Below are positions 38,166 to 51,880 of a stretch of DNA of 64,000 nt, piece by piece. Location: NCBI RefSeq assembly GCF_963921235.1, contig NC_086097.1, forward strand, positions 223,636,001 through 223,700,000, read 5' to 3'. This stretch comes from Mobula hypostoma. Taxonomy: Eukaryota. Numbering within the stretch: the first letter of the stretch is position 1; each line of letters starts with the position of its first letter. The translations under genes and the position numbers were made by a program. Below the pieces are notes generated by a model. It was not told where the DNA came from, made no database searches, and worked only from the letters and a program-made list of their open reading frames with translations.

Positions 38166-40974
38166 AATTGACTAATTCGATTCACTTGCCACACCTTTGC
38201 CGACCTTGAAGGTATGTGTTGCAGGCTGGTCCCGACTGTTTTTTTTTGAGATATTTGCAACAACTATAATGCGATATGAAAATATCTGTGATTTCTATTG
38301 GCGACCAAGTCACAACTACTGCTAATACTACTGTGGTTTGTCGCCTACATTCATAATTGAAAGAAATTCTGAATTTCAATTGGAGGTTAGTGAAAATAAA
38401 GATGTAAATTTTTTCCCATCCAAGTTCATGGACCCTCTGAAATGTATCCATGGCTCCCCAGTTAAGAACCCAAAGCTTAACATAAGAACATAAGAAATAG
38501 GAGCAGGAGGGGGCCATCTGTCCTGTCAAGCCCGCTCCGCCATTCAGTAAGCTCACGGCCAATCTGGCCATGGACTCATCTCCACCTACCTGCCTTTTCC
38601 CCATTACCTTTAATTACCGCAGGATGCAAAATTCTATCCAACCTTGTATAACTATATTTATTGAGGTAGTAAGTATTTCCAATTTCGAGTCATGCAGCAT
38701 TGTGACTGGTCTTTGGACCCACAAACTCCAGGATCAGTTTTACTTATTTATCACGTACACATCAAAACAAACAGTAAAATACGCCAGTGAGCACCCATTC
38801 ATATCAGATGGATTTACAATTTTTCATCCATATTGCCTTGGAAAGGAGAATCATGCCCTCTTTCATTTCCCACTAATTAATGCAACAGGTCGACATGCAC
38901 CTTTTGCTTCCACAGATCGCCGCTTAACCCACCTTCTAGGGTTCTGTTCTTGTTTTGTTCCAGATTCCAGCATCTGCTGTCTTTTTTTGTTTCCCACTGT
39001 CTTTTGTCATTGTTGTGTTAATAGAAGCTGGTTTTAAAAAAAGTCTGCTTGCTCTGTTTTCAATTCAAAGAAAAAAATTGTGAATTTTTAGGTGACCATA
39101 CAAGCATTATATGGCAGCATATTTCATCTTCATTCATTATATCCAACACGTTTAGTGGTTCAGAAATTACGGAATTAGTGGTTACTAATTAATTACTCAG
39201 AAATTAATACGTTTACTGGATCTCCTCCCAGCATTCATGAATGCCTTGTGGATAACCAATGAAATTTAGAGATACAGAAATTGATACCCAATAAAGAAGG
39301 GACTTCTCTTGTTAGTGAAGGCATAGAACATAGCACAGTACAGGCCCTTCATCCCACAATGTTGTGCCAACCTTTTAATCTACTCCAATATCAATCTAAC
39401 CCTTCCCTCCCATTTTCTTCCATCCATGTGCTTAGCTAAGAGTCCCTAATGTACCCGCCTCTGTCACCAGACCAGCAATGCACTTACCACTCCCTGTGTA
39501 AAAAAACAAACCTACCTCTGACTCCACCCTGTACTTTCCTCTAATGACTTTAAAATTATACCCTGGTGTATTAGCCATTTCCAACCTGGCTAAAAGTCAT
39601 CCTGGTAAATCTTCTCTGCTAAATCTTTTCTCTCTAAAGCTTCCGCATCCTTCCTAGACCAGACTTGAACCTAAGACTCGGAGTGCACTGCATTAGTCAC
39701 CCGAAATAGTCACCTTCTGCATTACCAGTATGCATTGGCTGCAGTAAGTACTACGCTCAGAATCCATAATTTTTACTCACCTTGGCTACTCTGATGGTCC
39801 CTCCCAAAGCTGGAAACTGCACTCCCAGGTTAGGGCAGCAGGTGCATGGGAATACATCCACCACCACCGTACAGGAGAAACAGAAGCCTCAGGTCCCTCA
39901 CACCAGGTTCTGGAACTTTTACTCCCCTATAAACATCAGGCTCCTGAGCCAGCATGGATAACCTCAATCACAACTACTCTGAACTGATACTGCGACCAGC
40001 AGACTCACTTTCAAAGGCTCTTTACAGCTCATCTTCTCAGCTGTTTTTTATCTGCACAACTTGTCATCTTTTGCACTTATGTTGTTTGTCAGACTTCTTC
40101 TATTTAGGTATAGCTTTCTCATAAATTCTATTGTTTTTTTCCTGTAAATGCCTACAAGAAAATGAATCTCAAAGGAGTATATGGTAATGTATACAGTATG
40201 TACTTTTATAATGAATTTACTTTGTATTTACAGGTTCCCTTCATCTGTACACCAACTAATTTTGGAATTAGTCCTTCATCTTTGCTGGGTCTTGACCTGG
40301 AAATGCTTATCTGACAGTATTGTGGTTACTGGTGTCTGGCAGGACTGCTTGATTGAAGAAGACTTCGGTACTACTTGCTCATGAAAAAATTTGGGGTTGG
40401 TAGTGATTAGTGACCTTGCTAGCAGTGCCCAGATTCTTCAAAAAATGAGCCAATAAGATCATCCTCAACTGACTCCTTTCGATGGACAGAGCCCCTCCCA
40501 AAGCTGCAACTTGGATTGTAACAAGCAAGAAAGGGATATCATCACCACATGACAGATTCCAGAAAATTGTAGGGATCAGTACCAATATGTTATATCACTT
40601 CACAAGCACTTCATTGTGGTTGAATGAGGGAGGTTATGGAGCATTCTTTTCAAAGTTCAAAGATCAAAAAAGTCCAAGGTAAATTTATTATCAAGATACA
40701 TATATGTCACCGTATACAACCCTGAGATTCATTTTCTTGAGGGCATACTCAGTAGATCCAAGAAACATAATAGAATAGAATGTATAGTGTATACATTTCT
40801 CTGATATTAAATGCAACTATTGAGAAATTGAACTATTGATCAAGGAAAGACTGCATCCAACAGGACGGATAAACAACCAATGTGGAAATTAAATCAAACT
40901 TTGCAAATACAAAAGAGAAAAAGAAATAATAATAATAAAAAATAAATAAGCAATAAATATCAAGGATCTCATGA

Positions 40975-41447
40975 AAGGATCTCCAGGATTGATTGATTTG
41001 TCATATGAAGAGCATCTGTTGACTCCGAGCCTGTATTCACTGGAATTCAGAAGAATGAAGGGGTGACCTCATTGAAACCTATCAAATGGTGAAAGGCTTT
41101 GATAGCGTGTGGAGAGGATGTTTCCTATGGTGGGAAAGTCTAAGATCAGAGGACACAGCCCCAGAATAGAGGGGCATCCTTTTAGAATGGAGATGAGGAG
41201 GGATTTATTTAGCCAGAGATTGGTGAATCTGTGGAATTCTTTGCCACAGGCAGCTTTGGAAGCCAAGTCTTTATGTATATTTAAGGCAGAGATTGACAGA
41301 TTCTTGATTGGTCAGGGTATGAAAGGATATGGGGATAAGGCAGGAGATTGGGGCTGAGAGAAGAATTGGTACAGGCATGATGAAACAGCAGAGCAGACTC
41401 GATGGGCCAAATGGCCTAATTCTGCTCCTATATCTTCTGACCTTATG
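40975..41447 (+). mobile_element. CR1 3' fragment within Rex1-like 3' debris (40650-41720, minus)
   Basis: FSQRLVNLWNSLP and a CR1 tail. The flanking TTRFRNSYYSSSIRVLN is a Rex1 C-terminal motif. Confidence 0.85.
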
Positions 41448-43486
41448 GAAAGTGAAAGTCTATAGGTTGAAACTTGAAAATGAGTCTATAGGTTGTGGGA
41501 ACATTTCAGTGATAGGGCAAGTGAAGATGAGTGAAGTTATCTCCTCTGGTTCAAGACCCTGATGGATGAGGAGTAATAACTGTTCCTGAACCTGGTAGTT
41601 TGTGTTCTGAGGCTCCTGTACCTTCTTCCTAATGGCAGCAGCAAGAAGAGAGCATAGCCTTGGTGGCGGGGGGTCCTTAATGATGGACACTGCTTTCCTG
41701 CGAAAGCGCTCCATGTAGATGTACACATTTTGGCTGTCCTCAGAAATGTTGCCGTCATTCATTGTCTGCTTCACAAATAACATAAAGGCCGTGACACTTA
41801 TCAATGGATCCACCATTGGCCTAATCCTAATGCAGACTGTGATCAAGTAATGTTGAGTCACCATATCAACACTTCCCAAACTTCCTTGTTGACATTCTTC
41901 TCAATTGTAATAATTTCCCAGCAGGATTGGAGTTAATCAGCAGTTTGAGTGGGAAATTGTTCAGCCTTCATTGGCTTCGATTTGGAACCAGGCTCACTGT
42001 GATTTACTGTCCCCTTCACCACCATCACCCAGAGCCAATTTGAATTCTTTCAGACTTCATGTCCTCTGTTCCTGGTTGACAATGTCATGTTGTCCTTAAA
42101 TGAATATGATCCAAATCTTGCTACTTCTGCCCTGCTATTCATTGAGAAGATTGCAAGTGTGGACTAGCACCACTAGGCAAAAATATGCAAAATTAAACAC
42201 CAGCATTCTGTGTGGTGTAAACACAACACATGCTTTAATTTAAGACTGTGTATAATTCTACAGGAGGGAGAACAAAAAGCAGTTGGGACAAATATTCTAA
42301 AAGAGGAGGTGATCTTTGAAAGTGACTAAATCACAGGGCTTACTTACAATATATCATATACTGTTAAAAAGAAGAAATGAAAGAAATAGTGGAGACTCTG
42401 ACCATCATTTTTCACTCAGAATCAGAATCAGAATCCTTTATTATCGCCAAGTATGTGGACACATACAGGGAATTTGATGCTGGTTTCCCTGAGCTCTCGC
42501 TGTACAGAATCAAAAAGCAAACAAAACAATAGTGCAAATAATCGTGAACTATATACAATGAGGTATACCTGTGTATGTACAGGTGGACTTGGTTTATAAT
42601 AGACTAAAATTCAAGTGTTCGTAAGACTGATGGCATACGGAAAGAAACTGTTCTTCTACCTATTTGTCCTGGCATACTGTGATCTAAAACGCCTACCAGT
42701 TTTGTGCCACTTCCATTCCTTCCTGGCAATGGCAGTGGCACAAAGCGACTGAAGGACTGCCAATGTGTTTCACATCCAAAATCGAGGAAGGCAAAAATTA
42801 AGTACACCAGGCTTGTTAGTTTAACTTTGGTGGTGAAAAAGTTATTGGAATCATTTCTAAGGAACAATATAAAACATAATTTAGAAAAGCAACCCAAATG
42901 CGATGCAGGGAAGTGTAAGGTATTGCATTTGTGGTGGTTCAACAACAAGGGAAATATGTAATTGGAAATATTGGGTGGTGTAGAGAAAGAGTGAATTGTC
43001 CACAAATATTTAAAGATAGCAATAATATGGCTAATGAGGCATAGAGGATTCTACATTAGCCAAAGCACAGGTCATGAGTATAGGGACTTTAGGGCAGAAC
43101 TGTATAGAATGCCAGTTAGACTGCACTTGAGATAGTGTCGATAGATAAGGTTGCACAAAGGATCTGACTGCACTGGAGGGAGTACAGAAGATATAAACAA
43201 GGATGTTGCCAAGATTGTAAAATGGAATGATCAGAAAAGGTTAGGTAAGCTTGGACTGTTTTCTCTGTAAAGTAGGATATTGAGGGGAGACATCCTTGAG
43301 CTGAGTAAAGCAGCAAAGTGTCTAAATAATAGATAGCACTTCTCTTCGCAGTGGAGTGAAAAAAAGTCACGTGGCATAAACTTAAAGTACTTGCAGAGTA
43401 ATCACATTTTATTTTTCACCCTTAACCCATGAGTCCCACCCAACATCATGGAAAAAGCCTTGCAATTACCATATCTATACCCCTCA

Positions 43487-44106
43487 AGGCGGGAGGAGAG
43501 AGAGCAGCGCGCCGTGTGTGTGCAGCCCTCCGGTGAAAATGATATCATATCCTTTTAGTAGGGGCCGTGGACAATTCTGATTTGATGGAGACAGATGTGA
43601 AAGCACAGAGGAACATCTAGAGAAATTTTTGAAACGCCCGTTTGCTGCTGTTGTTACTGCATGATCGAGAATCTCCGGAGGGTAGGCCCCAAAATTCCCG
43701 GCTTTGCCTACTGCTGGCGACCGAGGCTGAGGTCAAATCGTTCGGATAGAGATGGTGCTCGGTACTCAGTGTCGGGGGCTGATCGGAGGCTCGAAGTTTT
43801 TGGACGACTCAGAGTCGGACTGTGGTCGGGCATGGCAGGGAGAGTTTTCTTCCTTCTCCCGTCTGCGTGAGATGTGGGACATTTGAGAGACTTTGATGTG
43901 CTCATGGACTGTCCTTCATCAAGTTATGGTATTGTTGCACTGTTGTAACTATACATTATAATTATGTGGTTTTGTTAGTTATTCAGTCTTGGTCTCTCCT
44001 GTGCTTTGTGATATCACACCGGAGGAAATATTGTATCATTTCTTAATGCATGCATTACTAAATGACAATAAAAGAGGACTGCGTGTCTTCATAATCTAAT
44101 CTAATC
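43487..44106 (+). mobile_element. Non-coding CpG-rich retroposon with (TAATC)n tail; its 3' end is repeated at ~46490-46634
   Basis: It interrupts a CR1 3' remnant and ends AATAAAAGAGGACTGCGTGTCTTCA(TAATC)3. A second copy of the 3' ~140 bp occurs in the window. Confidence 0.6.
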
Positions 44107-44189
44107 ATAATTTAGTCTACCTCTAACTAATCTCCTTGCAATCTTCTACATTCCAAGGAAAAAATTCTAAACCCTTTGAATCTTTCACA

Positions 44190-45357
44190 GGAGATTAGTG
44201 TGCAAACTTAAAGCACACGGTATTGGGGGTAAGGTATTGATGTGGATAGAGAATTGGTTAGCAGACAGGAAGCAAAGAGTGGGAATAAATGGGACCTTTT
44301 CAGAATGGCAGGCAAGTGACTAGTCGGGTACCACAAGGCTCAGTGCTGGGACCCCAGTTGTTTACAATATATATTAATGACTTGGATGAGGGAACTAAAT
44401 GCAGCATCTCCAAGTTTGCAGATGACACGAAGCTGGGCGGCAGTGTTAGCTGTGAGGAGGATGCTAAGAGGATGCAGGGTGACTTGGATAGGTTGGGTGA
44501 GTGGGCAAATTCATGGCAGATGCAATTTAATGTGGATAAATGTGAGGTTATCCACTTTGGTGGCAAAAATAGGAAAACAGATTATTATCTGAATGGTGGC
44601 CAATTAGGAAAAGGAGAGGTGCAACGAGACCTGGGTGTCATTATACACCAGTCATTGAAAGTGGGCATGCAGGCACAGCAGGCGGTGAAAAAGGCGAATG
44701 GTATGCTGGCATTTATAGCAAGAGGATTCGCGTACAGGAGCAGGGAGGTACTACTGCAGTTGTACAAGGCCTTGGTGAGACCACACCTGGAGTATTGTGT
44801 GCAGTTTTGGTCCCCTAATCTGAGGAAAGACATCCTTGCCATAGAGGGAGTACAAAGAAGGTTCAGCAGATTGATTCCTGGGATGGCAGGACTTTCATAT
44901 GAAGAAAGACTGGATGAACTAGGCTTGTACTCGTTGGAATTTAGAAGATTGAGGGGGGGATCTGATTGAAACGTATAAAATCCTAAAGGGATTGGACAGG
45001 CTAGACGCAGGAAGATTGTTCCCGATGTTGGGGAAGTCCAGAACGAGGGGTCACGGTTTGAGGATAAAGGCGAAGCCTTTTAGGACTGAGATTAGGAAAA
45101 ACTTCTTCACACAGAGAGTGGTGAATCTGTGGAATTCTCTGCCACAGGAAACAGTTGAGGCCAGTTCATTGGCTATATTTAAGAGGGAGTTAGATATGGC
45201 CCTTGTGGCTAGGGGGATCAGAGGGTATGGAGGGAAGGCTGGTGCAGGGTTCTGAGTTGGATGATCAGCCATGATCATAATAAATGGCGGTGCAGGCTCG
45301 AAGGGCCGAATGTCCTACTCCTGCACCTATTTCTATGTTTTCTATGTTTCTATGTTT
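44190..45357 (+). mobile_element. Young 5'-truncated CR1 LINE
   Basis: ORF 44289..44969 contains VPQGSVLGP, KFADDTKL and LVRPHLEYC, followed by a (TTCTATGT)n tail. Confidence 0.95.
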
Positions 45358-46125
45358 CCTTGTAACTCAGGTCCTCTAGATCCGGCAACATCCTTGTAAA
45401 TGTTCTCTGTACTTTTCCAATAGCTCACACATGTCTGCATTAAATTCCATCTGCCATTTTCAGCCCATTTATCCAGCCAGTACAGATTCCGCTGCAAGCT
45501 CTGATAGTCTTTTTCGCTGTCCAATACAACCCAATCTGGGAGTCATCTGCAAATTTGCTGATCCAGTTAACCACATTATCATCCAGATCATTGATCTAGA
45601 TGACAAACAACAACGGACCCAGCAATGATCCTTGAGGCACTCCACTAGTCACAGGCTTTTAAACCATCTACTACCACTCTCTGGCTTCTCCCACAAAGAC
45701 AACGTCTAATCTAATTTACTATCTCATTTTGAATGCCTGTTGATTGAATCTTCTTGACCAACCTCCTATGCGGGACTTTGTCAAATGCCCTGCTAAGGTC
45801 CATGTGAACAACATCCACTGCCATCAACTTTCCTGGTAACTTCCTTGGAAAACTCTATAAGATTGTTTAGACATGACCTACAACACACAAAGCCATACTG
45901 ACTATGCTTAATCAGCCCCTGTCTATCTAAATACTCATATATTCATTCCCTTAGAATACCTTCTGACAACTTTCCCATTACTAGTGTCAGGCTCACAGGC
46001 CTATAATTTCCTGGTTTATTTTTAGAGCCTTTCTTAAACAGCAGAACAATATTAGCTATCCTCCAATCCACCAGTATCTCACCTAAGGATAATTTAAATA
46101 TCTTTGCTAGGGCCCCTGCAATTTC
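45358..46125 (-). mobile_element. CR1 RT fragment, degenerate
   Basis: Similar to the CR1 at 56766-60130 (WISKFADD-like region). Confidence 0.8.
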
Positions 46126-47849
46126 TTTGTATTAAACCTTCCATTGCTCATTAGAAAGACAACTTCATTATCAAATGTAGACCTTGCTGTGAAAGCTTCA
46201 AATGTGGTTGCAAATTGAAATAAGATGTTTCAGTTTTGTTTTAAATTTAAAGAACAACATGACTACATAGCCCTAGAAGCCAGTAGTTTAATGATCATTT
46301 ATATAAAATATTAAACGAATTCTCTCTTCCCTGACCGCCCCCCTCAGCAATGGGCAGAAGACGCAAAAACCTGAAATCATGTATCGCCAAGCTCAAGAAC
46401 AGTTTCTATCCCACTGTTTTAAGGTTATTGAATAGTTTTCTTGTACAATGAGATGGATTTGTGACCTCTCAATTTACCTGACATCTTATTATATGGTTTT
46501 TGTCAGTTTTTCAGTCTTGGTTTGTCTTGTGTTTCTGTGATATCATTCTGGAGGAACATTATGTCATTTCTTAAAGCATGTGTTACTAAATGACAATAAA
46601 AGAGGACTGCATGTCCTCATAATCTAATCTAATCGAATCTATTGTCTACCTGCAGTGTACTTTTTCTGTCACAGTTCCCCTTCATTCTGCAAACTGTTAT
46701 TGTTTTATTTTATATTACCGTAATGCACTGTTGTAATGAATTGATCTGCATGGACAGAATGCAAGACAAGCTTTTCAATGTCTCTCGGTAACTGTGGCAA
46801 GAATAAACCAGCTAACCAATTTAAATCCAAAAAATTATGTTACACAGTAGTAGCATTTACCATCTCTAAATTGTTCAGATGGAAACTACACGGAATAAGA
46901 ACTAGTGCAAAAGGCAATTCACCTTATCCATATTCAGAAATGGGGCTGTTTACAAAAAGGTTGATCTTTTGGAAACAGACACTGCCGAGAATATTCCATT
47001 ACTCAACTGAGGAATTTAAAGTTGTGCTGAGGAAAAAAAAAGTGTTGGTGACAAGTAATAGATAAATATGTTTATAATCTTGCTTCACTGAATTTTGCTT
47101 CTTCTTGTTTCGCTCTACCATTCCGCTGAAGGATTCATTCTGTCCCAAAATGCTGTTCATAGCCTGATCATGTTTCAAAAATCTGATTCAGATCATGCAT
47201 CTGCTCCTGAGAATTTCCTCCTACAGTTCCTGAAACTTACTGTATATACTGTATGACCAATGATATTACCATACAGTGGGAGTAGTGTCTGCTCATGAGG
47301 AGTGAATATTGTGCAATGCTCCAATCATTGTTAAATTTAAAGACAACTGTTTTATTTAGTCTACAGTTCAAGTATTTTATAGCATAAACTTTTCCAGTTA
47401 AATGGTTGTGCAATATTTTCTTTTGAATATATCACTCACTATCATGTTATTTTAATCATGCCTGTAGATAATCTTAACTTGTTCAATATTACAGTGAATT
47501 TATTGCTCCATTTGTAAAAAAAAATGCAGGTCATGAAAGAAAATATTTATTTTTATTTTTGTTGTTCTTCAGTGTACATAATTCATGCATTTTGGGAAAG
47601 AAATGATAAAACAAATAATTTAAAACTTACATTTTGACTGCATGTTTTTCCTTAAAGTGTGACACTGTTGGAAGTTATTCCAGTGTGCTTAACGTTTTCT
47701 TGGGAAAAGCCATTCTGATGTGAAACTTAATAAATAAGAGTGATACCAAAATGATTCATCGTTTTATAATGAACACAAGGACTTGCCTTCAATTTATGAT
47801 CAATTTAATTTCTCTTGTTCAAATAGATACTTGATATTGTTGATTCTAG

Positions 47850-48305
47850 AGATGAAGGGGTTAGACTATAAGGGGACATTGAGTCATCTGGGACTGTACT
47901 CTCTGGAATTCAGAAGAATGAGACAAGATCCTATAAAATTATGAAAGGGACAGATAAGATAGAGGCAGGAAAATTGTTTTCACTGGTAGGTGAAAATAGA
48001 AGCTGGGACATAGCCTCAGGATTCGGGGGAGTAGATTTAGGACAGAGAAGAGGAGGAAATGCTTTTCCCAGAGAGTGGTGAATCTGTGGAATTCTCTGCC
48101 CAATGAAGCAGTGGAGGCTACCTTAGTAAATATATTTAAGACAAGGTTGGATAGATTTTTGCACAGTAGGGGAATTAAGGGTTATGGGGAAAAGGCAGGA
48201 AGGTGGAGATGAGTCCATGGCTGGATCAGCCACCATCTTATTAAATGGCGACACAGGCTTGACGGGCCAGATGGCCTTCTCCTGCTCCTATTTCTTATGT
48301 TCTGA
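47850..48305 (+). mobile_element. CR1 3' fragment
   Basis: GAGAGTGGTGAATCTGTGGAATTCTCTGCC and the tail CTCCTATTTCTTATGTTCT. Confidence 0.85.
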
Positions 48306-48849
48306 TGCTTTCAAGATTTATAAAGGTCTTTACAAACATGAAAATTTAACTGACCATAATGGGAGTCTAATTAGATTGCCTCCAAAAACAAATGGCAGCA
48401 TTGTAATAGGTGAAAATCTTTCATATGTTGCTTTCTATACAGGTAGCATGTCAACTATATGTTATCAACTAAACTACACGATTGCTGCATACAGTTAAAT
48501 TAACAGCTGAGCACTTAAAGCACGCACATGGGGAGATGGTGTAGAAGGGAGGTTATACTGTGAGCAGTATGATCTCTGGAACTGATGCCTCAGTGTAGAA
48601 GATTAAGGAGAGCATGGTGTGTCCTCACCACTGAGAAACTATGAGGTCTTTCAGGCAAAGCCTCCAAGACAATGGGAACAGATAACCATGCCAATCAGGG
48701 GTCAAGTCATGAGGACCAGATGCAATATTGCAAGAAGTTTAACAGCTTCATGTATATAAAAATTGTCAGTTAAGGTGTCTTCAAATAGTATATCCCATTG
48801 CCTGTGCTACTAGCCTCAAATGCTGACAAATGTGATACATCCGTACAAC

Positions 48850-49280
48850 ATCGATTTCTCAAACTTCCTGTGATGCCCCCCTTCACCATTCCCCATCTCC
48901 TTTTCCTTATCTTCTTGCCTGTCCATTGACTCCCTTTGGTGCTCCTTCCCCATTTTCTTTCTTCCATGCCTTCTGTCCTCTTCTATCAGACTCCCCCTTT
49001 TCCAGGCCTGTATCTCCTTCACCAATCAACTTCCCAGCTCTTTACCTCATCCCTCCCCCTCCCCCTGCCAGTTTCACCTATCACCTTGTGTTTCTCTCTC
49101 CCCTCCCTCCACCTTTTAAATCTACTCCTCAGTTTTTTTTCTCCAGCCCTGCCAAAGGGTCTTGTCCCGGATCACCGACTGTACTCTGTTCCATCGTTGC
49201 TGCCTGGCCTGCTGAGTTCCTCCAGCATTTTGTGTGTGCTGCTTGGATTTTCAGCATCTGCAGATTTTCTCTTGTTCGTG
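48850..49280 (+). mobile_element. PLE 3' UTR with decayed hammerhead
   Basis: Pyrimidine-rich UTR similar to the 17.5-17.9 kb copy, CCTGCCAAAGGGTCTTGTCCCGGA, and the family tail CAGCATCTGCAGA. Confidence 0.75.
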
Positions 49281-50519
49281 ATTGAGAATCTTTATGAGGA
49301 CATGCACAGAGTAGTCATAAATACCCATGGTTATGACTGTGATCAAAGTCACTGGAGAGACACAGAAGCTGCTGAACTAGAAGTCTATTTGTCACAATAA
49401 GGCATCATTCTGGAGACGCTCTTGGTAGAGGCTCACAAACATTAAGGTATATCACACTTTATACCGTTAAGATCAAGGGTAACAGTAGGTGATTCAATAC
49501 AATTTCAGTAGTTACAATAACATTGTTTACTTCTATACTTTGGGTTGACAAACGTTTCCTTTGAGATACATAGTGGAAGCACATTGTAATTGATAAGACA
49601 CCTCTGAAAGTCCAAACACCTTTGGGAGAAAATGATGAGCACAGATATTCTAAAAAGTTTTGACAACAGAGCACCAGGCACCCACAATTAATTTTGTCAG
49701 GGCTGTCTCTGAGTACACAAATATCATAAGTACACAAACACTATTGATCTATTGATTGCCTATACCTGTGACAACGTTTGCTATGCTAAGTGACAACATC
49801 CGTCTGGTATGCCAGCCTGAACATGAGTCACAATGATGTAAATAACTTAGCCACATTGTCTAGGTTGATGCCAACCAATTAACACAACTCTATTGTCCTA
49901 ATATTTGGCTTTTGCTTATGCAATCAATTTGTGGGACAGTTTAACTTCAATTTACAGCTTGCAATTTACTATAAGAACAGAAGGCTAATTGCAACTGCCC
50001 TGAACTTTTTACATTTACAGTAAGAACTGAAGACTGGTTCTTGTTTGAATTGTTATCTGCTATATCCACAGAGCTCCAGAACACACCCAGGCATAGATTA
50101 CACATTCCCCAGTCTATTATTGATCAGACGCTGCATATGAACTCGATGTAATTAACTAGTAGTTAACTAGAGAAGCAAGCTGGAGGTGGTGGAGACAGCT
50201 TTTGCTACATCAGAGCAACTGCTACTGAGGCTGTGGCCAGCAGAGGAACTGAAACAGTATCTTGATAATACATCTCCATCTCGTATCAAACTCTCCCCTC
50301 ATTACATGAGGTCTTTATGAACGGTAATGATGCAAGTGTGCATAATTTGCCGCACCATACTCACCACAACCTTACCCAAAGCCTTCTCCTTTCAAACAGA
50401 CAAATATGACTGACTGGGCAGTGAGGTAGGAAATGAGCGGAAGTGAGAGAAGACAATAAAAATAAAACTGCACCGTCACTCACTTTAAACAATAGCCACC
50501 ACATAACTTAGAAGAGTGT

Positions 50520-51880
50520 CATGCACTCACATCAACAGTGCTGAAATGTTTTGAGAGATTGGTCATGACTAGACTGAACTCCTGCCTCATCAAGGACCTG
50601 GACCCATTGCAATTTGCCTATTGCCACAATAGGTCAACGGCAGACACAATCTCAATGGCTCTCCACACGGCTTTAGCCCACCTAGACAGCACAAACACCT
50701 ACATCAGGACGCTGTTCATCAACTGTAGCTCAGTATTTAATACCATCGTTCCTACAATCCTGAATGAGAAGTTGCAGAACCTGGGCCTCAGTATCTCCCT
50801 CTGTAATTGGATCCTCGACTTCCTAACCGGAAGACCACAGTCTGTGCGGATTGGTGATAAAATATCCACCTTGCAGACGATCAACACTGGCGCACCTCAG
50901 GGGTGTGTGCTTAGCCCACTGCTCTACTCTCTGTATACACATGACTGTGTGGCTAGGCACAGCTCAAATACCATCTACAAATTTGCTGACAATACAACCA
51001 TTGTTGGTAGAATCTCAGGTGGTGATGAGAGGGCGTACAGGAGTGAGATATGCCAACTAGTGGAATGGTGCCGCAGCAACAACCTGGCACTCAACGTCAG
51101 TAAAATGAAAGAGCTGTTTGCGGACTTCAGGAACGGTAAGATGAAGGAACACATACCAATCCTCATAGAGGGATCAGAAGTGGAGAGGGTGAGCAGCTTC
51201 AGATTCCTGGGTGTCAAGATCTCTCAGGATCTAACCTGGTCCCAACATATTGATGTAGTCATAAAGAAGACAAGACAGCGGCTATATTTTATTAGGAGTT
51301 TGAAGAGATTTGGCATGTCAACAAATACACTCAAAAACTTCTGTAGTTGTAGTGTGGAGAGCATCCTGACAGGCTGCATCACTGTCTGGTATGGAGGGGC
51401 TACTGCACAGGACTGAAAGAAGCTGAAGAAGCTTCATCTTGGGTACTAGCCTACAAAGTACCCAGGACACCTTCAGGGAGCGGTGTCTCAGAAAGGCAGC
51501 GTCCATGATTAAGGACCTCCAGCACCCAGGGCATGCCCTTTTCTCACTGTTACCATCAGGTTGGAGATACAGAAGCCTGAAGGTACACACTCAGCGATTC
51601 AGGAACAGCTTCTTCCCCTCTGCCATCTGATTTTAAATGAACATTGAAGCTTTGGACACTACCCCACTTTTTTTAATATACAGTATTCTGTTTTTGCATA
51701 TTTAAAAAAAATCTATTCAATATATGTAATTGATTTACTTGTTTATTTATTATGTTTTATTTTATTTATTATTATTATTATTTTCTCTCTCTGCTAGATT
51801 ATGTATTGCATTGAACTGCTGCTGCTAAGTTAACAAATTTCACATCACATGCGGGTGATAATAAACCTGATTCTGATTCT
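50520..51880 (+). mobile_element. Rex1/Babar LINE 3' half (RT)
   Basis: ORF 50538..51416 contains [27 protein letters not shown] and KFADN, followed by a (GATTCT)n tail. Same family as 13660-17300. Confidence 0.95.

Larger units (their letters stand above)
29248..38474 (-). mobile_element. Old hAT-Charlie transposon (Charlie7/MER119-like) fragmented by nested insertions
   Basis: Collinear minus-strand transposase pieces: 34639-33905 (MSKKRK...MKLAKLKEH; CIDAAPAMVG), 31810-31243 (LLYHTAVLWLSRG) and ~29950-29800 (ALIPFAKTYICE). Degenerate TIRs CAGGAGCCCTTCAC / GTTAAGAACCC. Confidence 0.72.

Noticed and set aside
49632..49712. Box C/D snoRNA (ATGATGA...CTGA about 80 nt apart)
   Set aside because: No terminal stem, no recognisable rRNA guide and no host intron.
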